This document shows positions 54,421 through 64,000 of a stretch of 64,000 nucleotides of DNA, in pieces. Location of the stretch: positions 12,090-76,089 of the forward strand of contig CAZSDQ010000001.1 in the NCBI GenBank assembly GCA_964605725.1. Reading direction: 5' to 3'. The DNA comes from an uncultured Candidatus Saccharibacteria bacterium. GTDB taxonomy: Bacteria > Patescibacteriota > WWE3 > UBA101185 > UBA10185. The notes under the pieces are model-generated. The model saw nothing but the letters and a program-made list of their open reading frames with translations, did no database searches and was not told the origin of the DNA. A program made the translations under genes and the position numbers. Position 1 is the stretch's first letter. The number at the start of each line of letters is the position of its first letter.

Positions 54421-54494
54421 TGGCACCGGCGGGAGGAATCGAACCTCCACCAGCGGTTTTGGAGACCGCTACTCTACCACTAAGCTACGCCGGT
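54421..54494 (-). tRNA. tRNA-Trp (anticodon CCA), CCA end encoded
   Basis: The minus strand reads ACCGGCG-TA-GCTT..., anticodon stem GCGGT/ACCGC with loop CTCCAAA, T arm GGAGG-TTCGATT-CCTCC. Confidence 0.9.
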
Positions 54495-54514
54495 AAATTA
54501 ATATTAAAAGTATA

Positions 54515-55105
54515 TCAAAAAAAGCTTAGACTTACTAAAACGAAGGACATAGTGGCAATTAAAAAATAGAAAATCGAAAGAAATCTTGGTACAAAGTATT
54601 CCTTACCTTTCAAAAAGATAAAAAACATAAAAAGAAGTATGAATTCTAAGATCATGTATTCCGATAATAAATATTGAGTAAGACGATTTCCTCGATTATG
54701 GTCAATATGTAAATTAAAACCAAAAACCTTAGGATAGAAGGGTGCAAAAACGGCTACGCCTCCGATTATGAAATCTATAAAAAGGTGAGTTGTGATACCA
54801 AATAAAAAAACAGCTGCTGCAACTTTAAAAAATTTCCTTCCGAATTCATCCTTTTTTTGAAAATAACTAAATCCATAAATGACTAAAAATGCCAACAAAT
54901 ACAAGAATAATCCATGGGTAACAAAACTTCGATGATCCTCTAAATTTTTAATAACTGAATAAGCAATATCAAAATCTGGTAGCACACCCGAGGTTATACC
55001 TATAAACCAAAGAACAGTTTTTTCTTTAGCAGAAAAAAGATCATCGTACTTTTTCATAATGGGCTTCATTATCAAAGCCCCTGCTGTAGCGTGATTAAAA
55101 TACAT
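54515..55105 (-). CDS. Membrane-bound metal-dependent hydrolase-like protein (DUF457/YdjM-like)
   Basis: 196 aa, polytopic, with conserved His/Asp in the first helices (NHATAG, PDFD, HRSFVTHG). Confidence 0.5.
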   Translation of the reverse strand: MYFNHATAGALIMKPIMKKYDDLFSAKEKTVLWFIGITSGVLPDFDIAYSVIKNLEDHRSFVTHGLFLYLLAFLVIYGFSYFQKKDEFGRKFFKVAAAVFLFGITTHLFIDFIIGGVAVFAPFYPKVFGFNLHIDHNRGNRLTQYLLSEYMILEFILLFMFFIFLKGKEYFVPRFLSIFYFLIATMSFVLVSLSFF

Positions 55106-55187
55106 AAAGTAAATTATACACGTAAGAAACCAATACCCATTTCAAAATTATTAAAAACAAGATAAAATTATTGTATAAACACTGCCT

Positions 55188-56042
55188 ATGAAAGCTAAAA
55201 AATATTTCGAAAAAGCAAAAAATGAAAGTTTTGGAATTGGTGCTTTCAATGCAGCAAATCTTGAAAGTATGAAGGCAGTGGTTGCTGCCGCATTCAAATT
55301 TCAATCACCAGTAATTATAGAGTTTTCACCCGGTGAAGTTGACCATATGGGGGTGGATCAAGCTGTCGCACTTGGAAGAGCTTTTGAGAAACAGTATTCT
55401 GTCCCGATTATTTTAAATTTAGACCATGGTACAAATCCTGAGAAAATTATACAAGCCATCGATGCAGGTTTTGATTATGTTCATTACGATGGAGGAAAAA
55501 TTCCTTTTGAAGAAGCTTTAAAAACAGGAAAAATGCTTGCTGACTATGCTCATGGTAAAGGAGTGTTGATAGAAGGTGAGATTGACCACATAGAAGGAAG
55601 CTCCGCAGACCACACAGATTCTAAACCTGATGTAGATTCAAAACTTTACACCGACCCAAATCAAGCTAAAGAATTTATTGAGAAAACAGGTTTTGACGTT
55701 TTTGCCAGTTTTGTCGGGAATTTACATGGAATTTATGCTGAAAGTAAAAATTTAAACTTGGAACTGCTTAAAAATATTCAAGAAACCTTACCCAATACCT
55801 ATCTATCTCTCCACGGAGGCTCGGGAATAGTAGAAGAGGATATTAAAAAAGCCATTGAGATAGGAATAGTAAAAATCAACGTAAACTCAGAACTTCGTAT
55901 TGCTTTTAAAATGGTATTGCAGGAGGTTTTAAATAATTCTAACGAAATAGCCGCATATAAGTTCATGCAAAAGCCAATAGAGGAAATGCAAAAAGTTGTG
56001 GAACAAAAAATAAAGATGTTTGGAAGTGCAAATAAGATTTAG
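55188..56042 (+). CDS. Class II ketose-bisphosphate (fructose/tagatose-1,6-bisphosphate) aldolase
   Basis: LNLDHG, HYDGG, SLHGGSG and KINVNSEL motifs of the class II FBA family. Confidence 0.85.
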   Translation: MKAKKYFEKAKNESFGIGAFNAANLESMKAVVAAAFKFQSPVIIEFSPGEVDHMGVDQAVALGRAFEKQYSVPIILNLDHGTNPEKIIQAIDAGFDYVHYDGGKIPFEEALKTGKMLADYAHGKGVLIEGEIDHIEGSSADHTDSKPDVDSKLYTDPNQAKEFIEKTGFDVFASFVGNLHGIYAESKNLNLELLKNIQETLPNTYLSLHGGSGIVEEDIKKAIEIGIVKINVNSELRIAFKMVLQEVLNNSNEIAAYKFMQKPIEEMQKVVEQKIKMFGSANKI

Positions 56043-56146
56043 TTTTTCACAACACGGTAATATTAAAGTAGAAATTACATTTCCAGCTTAAATCCACGCA
56101 CCTATAAACTATTTAAAAAACACCGCAAACCATATAGAATACTGGT

Positions 56147-56959
56147 ATGGATTTAAATAAATTTACCGAAAATGGTAACTATTTAATGCTGGCCTTTGAC
56201 CACAGAGAAAACTTTAAGAAATACATTAATCCAAAATTCCCTGATAAAGTTACAGACGAAGAAACCATCAATTCAATAAAAAACATTATAAAAAGTATAA
56301 AAGGTGATTTTAGCGGGATACTTCTAGATGAAATATACAGTCTACCTGCTTTTAAAGATTTAAATATTAATAAAGCTTTTTTACTCCCTATCGAAAAAAG
56401 TGGTTTTGAAATGTCCGGAAATGAAAAAATTACTGTAATCGAGAAAAATGCAATTCAAATTAAGAATATCGGAGCAAGCGGGCTAAAAATATTGGTATAT
56501 CTTAGCCCTCATTCAAATAAATCTGACGAGATACTTAAAGTTGTAGAACATTCAATAGAGGATGGTCGTAAAGAGAATCTTCCAACATTTCTTGGAGTTA
56601 TATCAGAGGACATTGAAAATACCGAAAGAGTTTTTGACAGTGTGGAATTCTTTTTAAAAAAGGGCGTTATACCTGATGTTTTTGCTTTGGAATTTCCCGG
56701 AAGTGACTACTTATGCAGAAAAGTTAGCAACGCACTGGGATCAATTCCCTGGATAGTTATATCAGGTGGCGCAGATTATATTTTATTTAAAGAACAATTA
56801 AAAATTGCAGCTGAAAACTATTGCAGAGGTTTTATTGTAGGAAGATCCCTGTGGCAAGAGTATTTTGATATTGCGGAACCTGAGAGAAAAGAACACTTTC
56901 TAGAATTTACACTACCTCTAAGATTTAAGGAAATAAAAGAGATAATGCAGCGATCATGA
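56147..56959 (+). CDS. Class I aldolase-like TIM-barrel protein (LacD/YihT/DUF2090-like)
   Basis: The N-terminal YLMLAFDHRENF segment resembles tagatose-bisphosphate/sulfofructosephosphate aldolase families. Substrate unknown. Confidence 0.5.
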   Translation: MDLNKFTENGNYLMLAFDHRENFKKYINPKFPDKVTDEETINSIKNIIKSIKGDFSGILLDEIYSLPAFKDLNINKAFLLPIEKSGFEMSGNEKITVIEKNAIQIKNIGASGLKILVYLSPHSNKSDEILKVVEHSIEDGRKENLPTFLGVISEDIENTERVFDSVEFFLKKGVIPDVFALEFPGSDYLCRKVSNALGSIPWIVISGGADYILFKEQLKIAAENYCRGFIVGRSLWQEYFDIAEPERKEHFLEFTLPLRFKEIKEIMQRS

Positions 56960-57050
56960 AAATATGTTCTTGGAATGTTAATGGAATAAGATCTGTATCC
57001 CAAAACTAAGCACTATACACAATCCGACCCTCTAATATATACTTAGCTAT

Positions 57051-58232
57051 ATGAAATTTCCTGCCCATTTCATGTGGGGTACAGCTACCGCTGCCTACCA
57101 AATCGAAGGTAATAACTCAAACACCGACTGGTGGTATTGGGAAAATAATAAAAAACGTGGACAAAAATATCCCTTGGAATCTTCCGGTTTAGCTTGTGAT
57201 TCTTACAATCGTTACGAAGAAGATTTTGATCTTTGCAAACAATTAAACAATAACGCGGTAAGAATATCAGTAGAGTGGTCCAGAATCGAGCCTTCAGAAG
57301 GCAAGTTTGATTACCGAGAAATTGCTCATTACAAAAAGGTATTATCAGCAGCCAAAGACCGAGGTTTAAAAACTTTTGTAACACTACATCACTTCACAAA
57401 TCCTCTTTGGTTTTATAAAAAAGGAGGTTGGACTAACATAAAATCACCTCATTACTTTTCCCGTTACGCAAAAGAATGTGCTAAAGAATTTGGAGCACTC
57501 GCTGATGTTTACCTTACAATCAACGAGCCTCAAGTTTACGCACTTATGAGCTATACAGTTGGTAAATGGCCGCCAAACAAATCTAATCTGTTTTTATCAC
57601 TAATAGTTCAACTAAATTTAATGTCAGCCCATAACGAAGCGTATAAAAAAATTAAATCGGTTGGAAAATATACCGTAGGACTTGTAAAACAAGTCGTTTG
57701 GTATGAAACATTTGAACAAAAACCATACTTCTGGGATTCCTGGTATGCAAAAATAGTTTTCTGGTTAAACTGTGATTTCTTTTTAAAATTTATTAAAAAT
57801 AATCTCGATGTCGTCGGCCTTAATTACTATTTTACAAATCAAATTAAAGGTTTAAGGGCAACTCATCCTAAGGGAATGGTGAGTAACTTGAACTGGTGGA
57901 TTAATCCCGATGGTTTGAAAAACGTTCTTTTACATCTTAAAAAATATGATCTTCCTATCTACATAACCGAAAACGGCCTTGCAGATTCTCAAGACAGACT
58001 TAGAGAAATGTTTATAAAAAATATGCTAACCGCCACATACGAAGCCATGCAAAAGGGTTCACAGGTTAAGGGATATTTTCATTGGTCATTAATAGACAAC
58101 TTTGAGTGGCACGAGGGCTACTGGCCTAAATTCGGACTTGTCGCAATAGATAGAAAAACTTTAGAAAGAAAACCGAGAAAATCCTTTTATTATTATGCAA
58201 AAATCTGCAATAATAATTCATTGGATGAATGA
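57051..58232 (+). CDS. Glycoside hydrolase family 1 beta-glucosidase
   Basis: FMWGTATAAYQIEG, acid/base TINEP, nucleophile YITENG. Confidence 0.9.
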   Translation: MKFPAHFMWGTATAAYQIEGNNSNTDWWYWENNKKRGQKYPLESSGLACDSYNRYEEDFDLCKQLNNNAVRISVEWSRIEPSEGKFDYREIAHYKKVLSAAKDRGLKTFVTLHHFTNPLWFYKKGGWTNIKSPHYFSRYAKECAKEFGALADVYLTINEPQVYALMSYTVGKWPPNKSNLFLSLIVQLNLMSAHNEAYKKIKSVGKYTVGLVKQVVWYETFEQKPYFWDSWYAKIVFWLNCDFFLKFIKNNLDVVGLNYYFTNQIKGLRATHPKGMVSNLNWWINPDGLKNVLLHLKKYDLPIYITENGLADSQDRLREMFIKNMLTATYEAMQKGSQVKGYFHWSLIDNFEWHEGYWPKFGLVAIDRKTLERKPRKSFYYYAKICNNNSLDE

Positions 58233-59332
58233 GTGATATAAATATGTTTAAATTTTTAAAACAAAAAAACTACTTCAGTGCAGAACTTAAAAAAGCTTGG
58301 ATACTTATAAAAAAATTATTCTCGCTAAAAGCTATAAAAATAATCTTAGTAATACTTCTGTTTTTACTACTCGCCCCATTTATTTTATTTTTTATCCTAA
58401 GACCTAAAGTACAAAAAAATATTAATTACGGAGTAACTTTTTCTAACAGATTTTGTGATCAAATGGGATTAAATTGGAGAGAAGTATACGTTAAATCTTT
58501 AGATGATCTTTATATAAAAAATATTAGATTGGTTGCTTATTGGGATGAAATAGAAAATGAAAGAGATTCCTACGACTATTCAAATATTAAATGGCAACTT
58601 GAAGAAGCTGAAAAAAGAAATGTAAATGTTTTACTTTCTATCGGAAGAAAAGTACCAAGATACCCAGAATGTTTTGAACCCAAGTGGTGGGATGAACTTC
58701 CGGGAGAAAATCTAAAAGAGCAGGAATTGTTAGAATATATTAAACAAACCGTCAACGAACTGAAAGGTTTTAAAGCCATTAAAATTTGGCAAGTAGAAAA
58801 CGAACCATTTTGGCCATTTGGAGATTGCCAAAATCCCGAAATTAAAAAAGAAACTGTATTAAAAGAAATCGAATTAACAAGAAGTCTGGACTCAAGGCCA
58901 ATTTTAGTTCAAGACAGCGGCGAGGGTGGGGTTTGGAGGCCAACCTATGAAATGGGTGATTACCTTGGAATATCTATGTATAGGAGGATTTGGTATGACT
59001 TTTGGGGAGTATTCTTAGGAAGATTTATTTACTTCCAATATCCATTGGCCCACTGGACTTATAAAATTAAGGCTAACATTGTAGGAGTACCTGTAGATAA
59101 AATAATTATCACTGAACTTCAAGGTGAACCTTGGGGGCCAAGAATTAATTCCGAACTTACACAAGAAGAAAAAGATGAAACTATGTCAAAAAATCATTTT
59201 CTATCCACGCTTGATTACGCTCAAAAGTCAGGGTTTAAAGACCTATATCTTTGGGGGGTGGAGTGGTGGTATTTTGAAAAAGAAAACGGGAATCCTTTTT
59301 ACTGGGATACCGCAAAAGCACTGTTTAGATAA
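58229..59332 (+). CDS. Membrane-anchored clan GH-A-like glycoside hydrolase (family unassigned)
   Basis: ATGA start/stop overlap with the GH1 gene. N-terminal TM, QVENEPF (NEP acid/base-like), ITELQGEPW (candidate nucleophile). Confidence 0.45.
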   Translation: MSDINMFKFLKQKNYFSAELKKAWILIKKLFSLKAIKIILVILLFLLLAPFILFFILRPKVQKNINYGVTFSNRFCDQMGLNWREVYVKSLDDLYIKNIRLVAYWDEIENERDSYDYSNIKWQLEEAEKRNVNVLLSIGRKVPRYPECFEPKWWDELPGENLKEQELLEYIKQTVNELKGFKAIKIWQVENEPFWPFGDCQNPEIKKETVLKEIELTRSLDSRPILVQDSGEGGVWRPTYEMGDYLGISMYRRIWYDFWGVFLGRFIYFQYPLAHWTYKIKANIVGVPVDKIIITELQGEPWGPRINSELTQEEKDETMSKNHFLSTLDYAQKSGFKDLYLWGVEWWYFEKENGNPFYWDTAKALFR

Positions 59333-59727
59333 TCAGACAAAGAACTTTCCAAGTCACCGACATCTTCAAATTCAATATAAAGATCACACACACTTCTTAT
59401 TCTGGGTGATGAAGCACCCTCTTTAACTACCATTATTAATTTTTTATTCAATGCTTTAGCGTAACCAGCTTCCATAGCCATTCCTTCGCTAAGTTCGCTG
59501 TGATTAACATATGCAATTACTCCATCGCACTCTGCCATTGCGGAAAAAACCATTTTTGAAGACTCTTCTCGGGGTATTTCAATATTTTGCCAATTTTTAA
59601 TATCTCTATCGAAAATAAAACTATCGTGACCCATATCACTTAATATAGAAGATAGCTGTTCTAAGTCCTTTTCAAGTTGGTACTTATTTTTAGTAGTTGT
59701 GTATTTATAGATTATGCAAAATTTCAT
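59299..59727 (-). CDS. Nucleoside 2-deoxyribosyltransferase-like protein
   Basis: 142 aa. The flavodoxin-like pattern and AMEAGYAKALNKKLI segment resemble the NDT superfamily. Tentative. Confidence 0.4.
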   Translation of the reverse strand: MKFCIIYKYTTTKNKYQLEKDLEQLSSILSDMGHDSFIFDRDIKNWQNIEIPREESSKMVFSAMAECDGVIAYVNHSELSEGMAMEAGYAKALNKKLIMVVKEGASSPRIRSVCDLYIEFEDVGDLESSLSDYLNSAFAVSQ

Positions 59728-60560
59728 AAATTCTCCTTTAATAAAATAAACCCCCCATAAATTCCTGAATCATCTTCCAATGTTGACTTCCTGATTTCTG
59801 GGACCGTAAAAAAGTTCTGTTTTTTTATCTCATTTATCAAATGTTTATAGAAATTATCAAAATTATGTATCGACAAGCCACCACCTATAACAATAACTTC
59901 CGGATCCCACATTGAAACTATATTTATTATACCCGCAGATAAATAGTAAGAGTACTTCTTCCAATTTTCCTCACCTGCAGTAACATCCGGAGCAGCACCG
60001 TACCTTTTTTTAAAAAAAGATCCTGAGCAATAAGACTCCAGAGTACCTTTAATACCTGTGCCGTCGAATGTTGAATCGTCTAAGTTAACAACCTGATGCC
60101 CGGGCTCGGCGTTAATAAGAATATATTCATTTTCATATTTTTTAACAAAGGCCCCTCCTACTCCCGTACTTAAAGTTAGGTAAGCAATAGATTCTTTATC
60201 TTTTCCGGAACCAAAGTAAGCCTCACCCAGTGCTCCTAGTGCAGCATCATTTTCAACAAGAATCTTAGATTGGTTAAACCTTTCAGGAAAAATATTCTTA
60301 ATATTTAAACCTTCTATTTGAGGGTAATTCGCACTTTTTTCAAATACTTTTTTAAATTTATCCGTTATTCCCGGAAAACCAAATGAAATTGCATCTACTT
60401 CAGTACTTCCTGTAACCTCATCAAAAGCCTTATACATATTACTTTTTTGCAAATTAATATCTGATTCTGTCTTAAATTTAACAATTTTTAAAACACTCTT
60501 TAGATCAAGAGTTGAGGCAATTCTTGTTGTAGATCTTCCTAGGTCTATTGAGATATACAT
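59724..60560 (-). CDS. ROK-family sugar kinase (glucokinase-like)
   Basis: Start moved to ATG 60560 (MYISIDLGRSTTR, the ATP-binding DxGxT motif). ENDAALGALGE and GVGGAFV motifs. Confidence 0.8.
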   Translation of the reverse strand: MYISIDLGRSTTRIASTLDLKSVLKIVKFKTESDINLQKSNMYKAFDEVTGSTEVDAISFGFPGITDKFKKVFEKSANYPQIEGLNIKNIFPERFNQSKILVENDAALGALGEAYFGSGKDKESIAYLTLSTGVGGAFVKKYENEYILINAEPGHQVVNLDDSTFDGTGIKGTLESYCSGSFFKKRYGAAPDVTAGEENWKKYSYYLSAGIINIVSMWDPEVIVIGGGLSIHNFDNFYKHLINEIKKQNFFTVPEIRKSTLEDDSGIYGGFILLKENL

Positions 60561-60627
60561 TAGTACCTTAATAGTAGCAAGAAATACGTAGGTAAAAAAG
60601 TACAGCGCTTGTGATATATTATTTTTA

Positions 60628-61461
60628 ATGGAAAAAAATACCGTAAACACAAGAAAAAAAGTTGGATTAGCTCTAAGTGGAGGGGGTTGGAGGGGTATGG
60701 CTCACATCGGTGTTTTAAAAGTACTCGAAAAAAACAATATCCCCATAGATTTCATTGCTGGAACAAGCGCGGGAGCTTTAATGGGTGGTTTATATAGTTA
60801 CTATGGCAATATAAATCAATTAGAAGACTTTGTACTTAAATTCGGATATAAAGATCTTTTTAAAATGATAACCGACCCACGACTTAAAACAGGGATCATT
60901 AAAGGACAGAAAATTATTAAATATATAAATGAAAAAACAAGTTGCGCTAATATCGAAGATTTAAAAATACCATTTTCTGCAGTTGCTTCAGATTTAGTAT
61001 CCGGCAAACCATACTACTTTAAAAAAGGAAGCCTCGCAGAAGCAATAAGAACTAGTATTTCAATCCCGTTACTTTTTCAACCAACACAAAAAGACGGGAT
61101 GATTTTAATTGATGGGGGAGCTACAGAGAATGTACCGGTAAATTGCTTAAAGGAAATGGGTGCCGAATACATTATTGCCAGTAACGTAAATTCCGGAATA
61201 TTTCCGTTGGGGCCGGGAATGATAAAAAATGCTGGGAATATTGCCTTAGTATCAACAAGAACAATGTTAAACACCTTGTCTGACATATTAACATCACAAG
61301 CCGACTTTGCCATAGAATCTAAAATTCCAATAGAAAAGATGAAGATTGGTGTAGGTTACTTTTTAGAATTTATAAAGGAAAAAGAAGTAATCGCCATAGG
61401 AGAGAGGGCCGCAGAAAGTAGTATCAAAGAATTAAAAAAATATTTATCTGATAAAATATAG
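60628..61461 (+). CDS. Patatin-like phospholipase
   Basis: GGGWRG oxyanion motif, GTSAG nucleophile elbow, DGG catalytic Asp motif. Confidence 0.85.
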   Translation: MEKNTVNTRKKVGLALSGGGWRGMAHIGVLKVLEKNNIPIDFIAGTSAGALMGGLYSYYGNINQLEDFVLKFGYKDLFKMITDPRLKTGIIKGQKIIKYINEKTSCANIEDLKIPFSAVASDLVSGKPYYFKKGSLAEAIRTSISIPLLFQPTQKDGMILIDGGATENVPVNCLKEMGAEYIIASNVNSGIFPLGPGMIKNAGNIALVSTRTMLNTLSDILTSQADFAIESKIPIEKMKIGVGYFLEFIKEKEVIAIGERAAESSIKELKKYLSDKI

Positions 61462-61464
61462 CTT

Positions 61465-62409
61465 ATGAAAAATATTATCGTAACAGGAGGAGCTGGTTTT
61501 TTAGGTAGTCACTTATGCGAGTATTTAATAAAAAAAGGGGAGAAAGTAATCTGCATTGATAACCTCTTTACGGGTAATTTAAAAAATTTAGAAGATATTA
61601 AAGATCATCCAAATTTCGAGTTTATACAACACGATATTATTGATCCAATTTTCTTTGATGGCAGGAAAATAGATCAAATATATAATTTAGCTTGTCCGGC
61701 ATCCCCAATCCAATACCAAATAAATCCAGTTAGAACTGTAAAGGCTAATACAATTGGAGTTATAAACGTTTTGGGAATTGCAAAAAAACACAAAGCAAGA
61801 ATTTTTCAAGCTTCTACATCAGAGGTTTACGGCGACCCTTTAGAGCATCCTCAAACAGAGTCCTACAGGGGGAACGTAAATACTATTGGTGAGAGAGCTT
61901 GCTATGATGAGGGGAAAAGGGTCGCCGAAACCCTGTTTTTTGATTACCACAGGGAACACGGAGTCGAGATAAGAGTAGCGAGAATATTTAATACATATGG
62001 CCCAAGAATGTACGAGAATGACGGTAGAGTTGTATCTAATTTTATCGTCCAGGCACTAAATGACGATCCCATTACTATCTACGGCACTGGAGAACAAACA
62101 CGATCTTTTTGTTATGTAGACGACCTTATTGAAGCTATCTATAGAATTATGAATACGGAAAATATCACAGGTCCGATTAATATTGGTAATCCATGCGAGT
62201 TTACTATGCTAGAACTTGCAGATAAAATACTTAAAATTACAGATTCAAAATCTAGTATAATTTTTAAAGATCTTCCCAACGATGATCCTAAAAAAAGAAA
62301 GCCTGATATAACACTGGCAAAAGACCTGCTTGATTGGGAACCAAAAGTTACTATCGATGAAGGTCTTGTTCAAACAGTAAGTTATTTTAAAAAGGTATTA
62401 AATAAATGA
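61465..62409 (+). CDS. uxs: UDP-glucuronate decarboxylase (UDP-xylose synthase), SDR family
   Basis: [19 protein letters not shown], catalytic YDEGKR, and a typical UXS C-terminus ([16 protein letters not shown]). Confidence 0.85.
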   Translation: MKNIIVTGGAGFLGSHLCEYLIKKGEKVICIDNLFTGNLKNLEDIKDHPNFEFIQHDIIDPIFFDGRKIDQIYNLACPASPIQYQINPVRTVKANTIGVINVLGIAKKHKARIFQASTSEVYGDPLEHPQTESYRGNVNTIGERACYDEGKRVAETLFFDYHREHGVEIRVARIFNTYGPRMYENDGRVVSNFIVQALNDDPITIYGTGEQTRSFCYVDDLIEAIYRIMNTENITGPINIGNPCEFTMLELADKILKITDSKSSIIFKDLPNDDPKKRKPDITLAKDLLDWEPKVTIDEGLVQTVSYFKKVLNK

Positions 62410-63065
62410 ATAAATATGCACTATTAATATTAATAATTGTTCCTGTTGTAGTATTTATATTAACTATCAACTATAAAGATAAAACAATGCAGGGAGGAAA
62501 TCCTTATGACAATTCCAAAGACAGTGAAGTAATACTTACTGACAAAACTAATGTAAAACCACCTACAACAAAACTGGATATAATTAAGACTTACAAAGTT
62601 AAATTTAAAACTACCGAGGGGGATATTGTTATTAAGGTTAACGCACTCGATACAACAATGGCTTCTACGAACTTTGTATATTTATCCAGAATTGGTTTTT
62701 ATGACGGAACAATTTTCCACAGAGTAATTAAAAACTTTATGATCCAGGGTGGAGATCCTTTAGGAAACGGTGCAGGAGGTCCGGGTTACAATTTTAACGA
62801 CGAGCCTTTTGACGGAGAATATGTCAGAGGTACAGTAGCAATGGCAAACTCAGGACCTAATACTAATGGTAGTCAATTTTTTATAATCCATAAAGATTAC
62901 ACGCAACTCCCAAAAAATTACGTTATTTTTGGTAAAGTGATTGAAGGTATGGATGTCGTAGACAAAATTGCCGAAGTTCCTGTAGAAGATAACGGCACCG
63001 GTGAGATATCAAAGCCAATCTCACCTGTTACTATTACTAAAGCCGAAGTAATTGAAGAAAATTAA
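62406..63065 (+). CDS. Peptidyl-prolyl cis-trans isomerase (cyclophilin type), membrane anchored
   Basis: [30 protein letters not shown]. Confidence 0.9.
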   Translation: MNKYALLILIIVPVVVFILTINYKDKTMQGGNPYDNSKDSEVILTDKTNVKPPTTKLDIIKTYKVKFKTTEGDIVIKVNALDTTMASTNFVYLSRIGFYDGTIFHRVIKNFMIQGGDPLGNGAGGPGYNFNDEPFDGEYVRGTVAMANSGPNTNGSQFFIIHKDYTQLPKNYVIFGKVIEGMDVVDKIAEVPVEDNGTGEISKPISPVTITKAEVIEEN

Positions 63066-63066
63066 T

Positions 63067-63486
63067 ATGTCTTTTTTGATAGGTTTTATATTAGCGTTCA
63101 TAAATATTATCTCAATATTGGGTGGTTTTTTGGTTTATCATTTAACTCAAGCTGAAACACAAAAACCCATTCAGATAATATCGGCTTGTACATTTTCAAT
63201 TGTTTTTTTTCTTTTACGGGGATTCTTATTCAGAAAGATATTCAAAAAAAAGGATTTAAAAACTAAAAAAGACTACTTTATAACGTATATATCAAGTCTG
63301 TTACTCTCACCGCTAATATTTATCACACTGCACTATATTTCCGAAGGATACTTGACATCTGCACAAAATATATATGCTATGTTGATGTTTCAAGTTCCCA
63401 CCAATCTGTTGGTACTAATAATTTACAAAAATTTCTCAAAAGTATTCGATCTTAACGAAAAACTAAAAGATATTGATAAAATATAG
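63067..63486 (+). CDS. Hypothetical 4-TM membrane protein
   Basis: The start is ambiguous: ATG 63052 overlaps the upstream gene, and ATG 63067 follows its stop. Confidence 0.4.
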   Translation: MSFLIGFILAFINIISILGGFLVYHLTQAETQKPIQIISACTFSIVFFLLRGFLFRKIFKKKDLKTKKDYFITYISSLLLSPLIFITLHYISEGYLTSAQNIYAMLMFQVPTNLLVLIIYKNFSKVFDLNEKLKDIDKI

Positions 63487-63558
63487 AGAATCAGACAACA
63501 CTTTCAAATCGCTGCTGTTGTATAATAAATCCAGTAAATAATTTGAAAGTATAATAAT

Positions 63559-63945
63559 ATGGACGAAAATAATCAAAATATCGATACCCCCTCTCCTGAA
63601 ATAAAAAAGGACGAACCTTCAGATAACGTAGGAATGGCGGCTATTGCATACATAGTTTTTTTCATACCTCTACTCACTGATTACAAGGATGATGAATTTA
63701 TAAAATTTCACGTAAAACAAAGTCTTTTAATATTTGTTTCCTACCTATTTTTCTATTTCTTAAGATTCTTTCCATTAATTGGAGGAATCATTTGGAGATT
63801 ATTTCCACTAATTTATTTATCAGAACTGGCACTAATGGTTATAGGAATTTTAAACGCACTTAGAAGAGAGAAGAAGGAGCTGCCTTTTATTGGGAAATAT
63901 GCAGATGGTTTATATAATTTTCTTAAGAAAGGTTTTACAAAATGA
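63559..63945 (+). CDS. Small membrane protein (DUF4870-like)
   Basis: 128 aa. The FHVKQSLLIF motif and 3 TM helices resemble DUF4870. Confidence 0.45.
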   Translation: MDENNQNIDTPSPEIKKDEPSDNVGMAAIAYIVFFIPLLTDYKDDEFIKFHVKQSLLIFVSYLFFYFLRFFPLIGGIIWRLFPLIYLSELALMVIGILNALRREKKELPFIGKYADGLYNFLKKGFTK

Positions 63946-64000
63946 AGAAATATATTTCTTTAGCAGCTCTATTAATAACTATTTCTCTGACGCTAACTGC
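63942..64000 (+). CDS. Start of a secreted/lipoprotein-like ORF, cut by window edge
   Basis: ATGA overlap with the upstream stop. MKKYISLAALLITISLTLT... looks like a signal peptide. Confidence 0.3.
   Translation, partial: MKKYISLAALLITISLTLT

Noticed and set aside
58229-58232. Possibility of an alternative genetic code (UGA recoding, as in some candidate phyla)
   Set aside because: TGA functions as a stop in clean ATGA stop/start overlaps (58229-58232, 63942-63945), and motif-complete proteins end there. Very long ORFs are uninterrupted under code 11.

Overview
AT-rich bacterial chromosomal segment, coded densely on both strands. I count about 75 protein genes and 12 intact tRNA genes, all with an encoded CCA. 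I found no rRNA, CRISPR array, integrase or transposase. TGA is used as a stop codon and very long ORFs are intact, so the standard bacterial code applies. The gene content includes many small membrane and DUF proteins, an A-domain-only pyruvate kinase, numerous glycan-active enzymes and a 2687-aa NdvB-like gene. This fits an uncultivated small-genome bacterium, possibly CPR/Patescibacteria, but that is inference only. Recognisable blocks are: a MacAB-type efflux system (1-2520); tRNA clusters (3.0-9.3 kb, 19.0-20.5 kb); a stress and thiol-redox island (HtrA, Hsp20, peroxiredoxin, thioredoxins, DUF134/DUF5320; 23.9-28.7 kb); and glucan/sugar metabolism genes (GH5, PMM/PGM, giant cyclic-beta-1,2-glucan-synthase-like gene, GH1, two aldolases, ROK kinase, UXS). 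There are also two P-type ATPases and trpS next to tRNA-Trp. Most interesting: (1) a radical SAM/SPASM enzyme followed 28 nt later by a strongly SD-led 36-aa Cys/His/Lys-rich ORF that is missing from the ORF track, flanked by a methyltransferase-like gene and a GNAT gene; this is a candidate new RiPP locus. (2) Three direct copies of a 33-nt element that supply the last six codons and the stop of two unrelated genes and bracket single-gene cassettes. (3) A tRNA-Val locus holding a tRNA 5' half, a complete tRNA-Val and two tRNA 3' halves, plus a tRNA-Arg with a duplicated 3' end; the two loci share a short motif. (4) Many genes with a -10 box 6-7 nt from the start codon, which is leaderless geometry. 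(5) A structured 430-nt convergent intergenic region that may encode an RNA.
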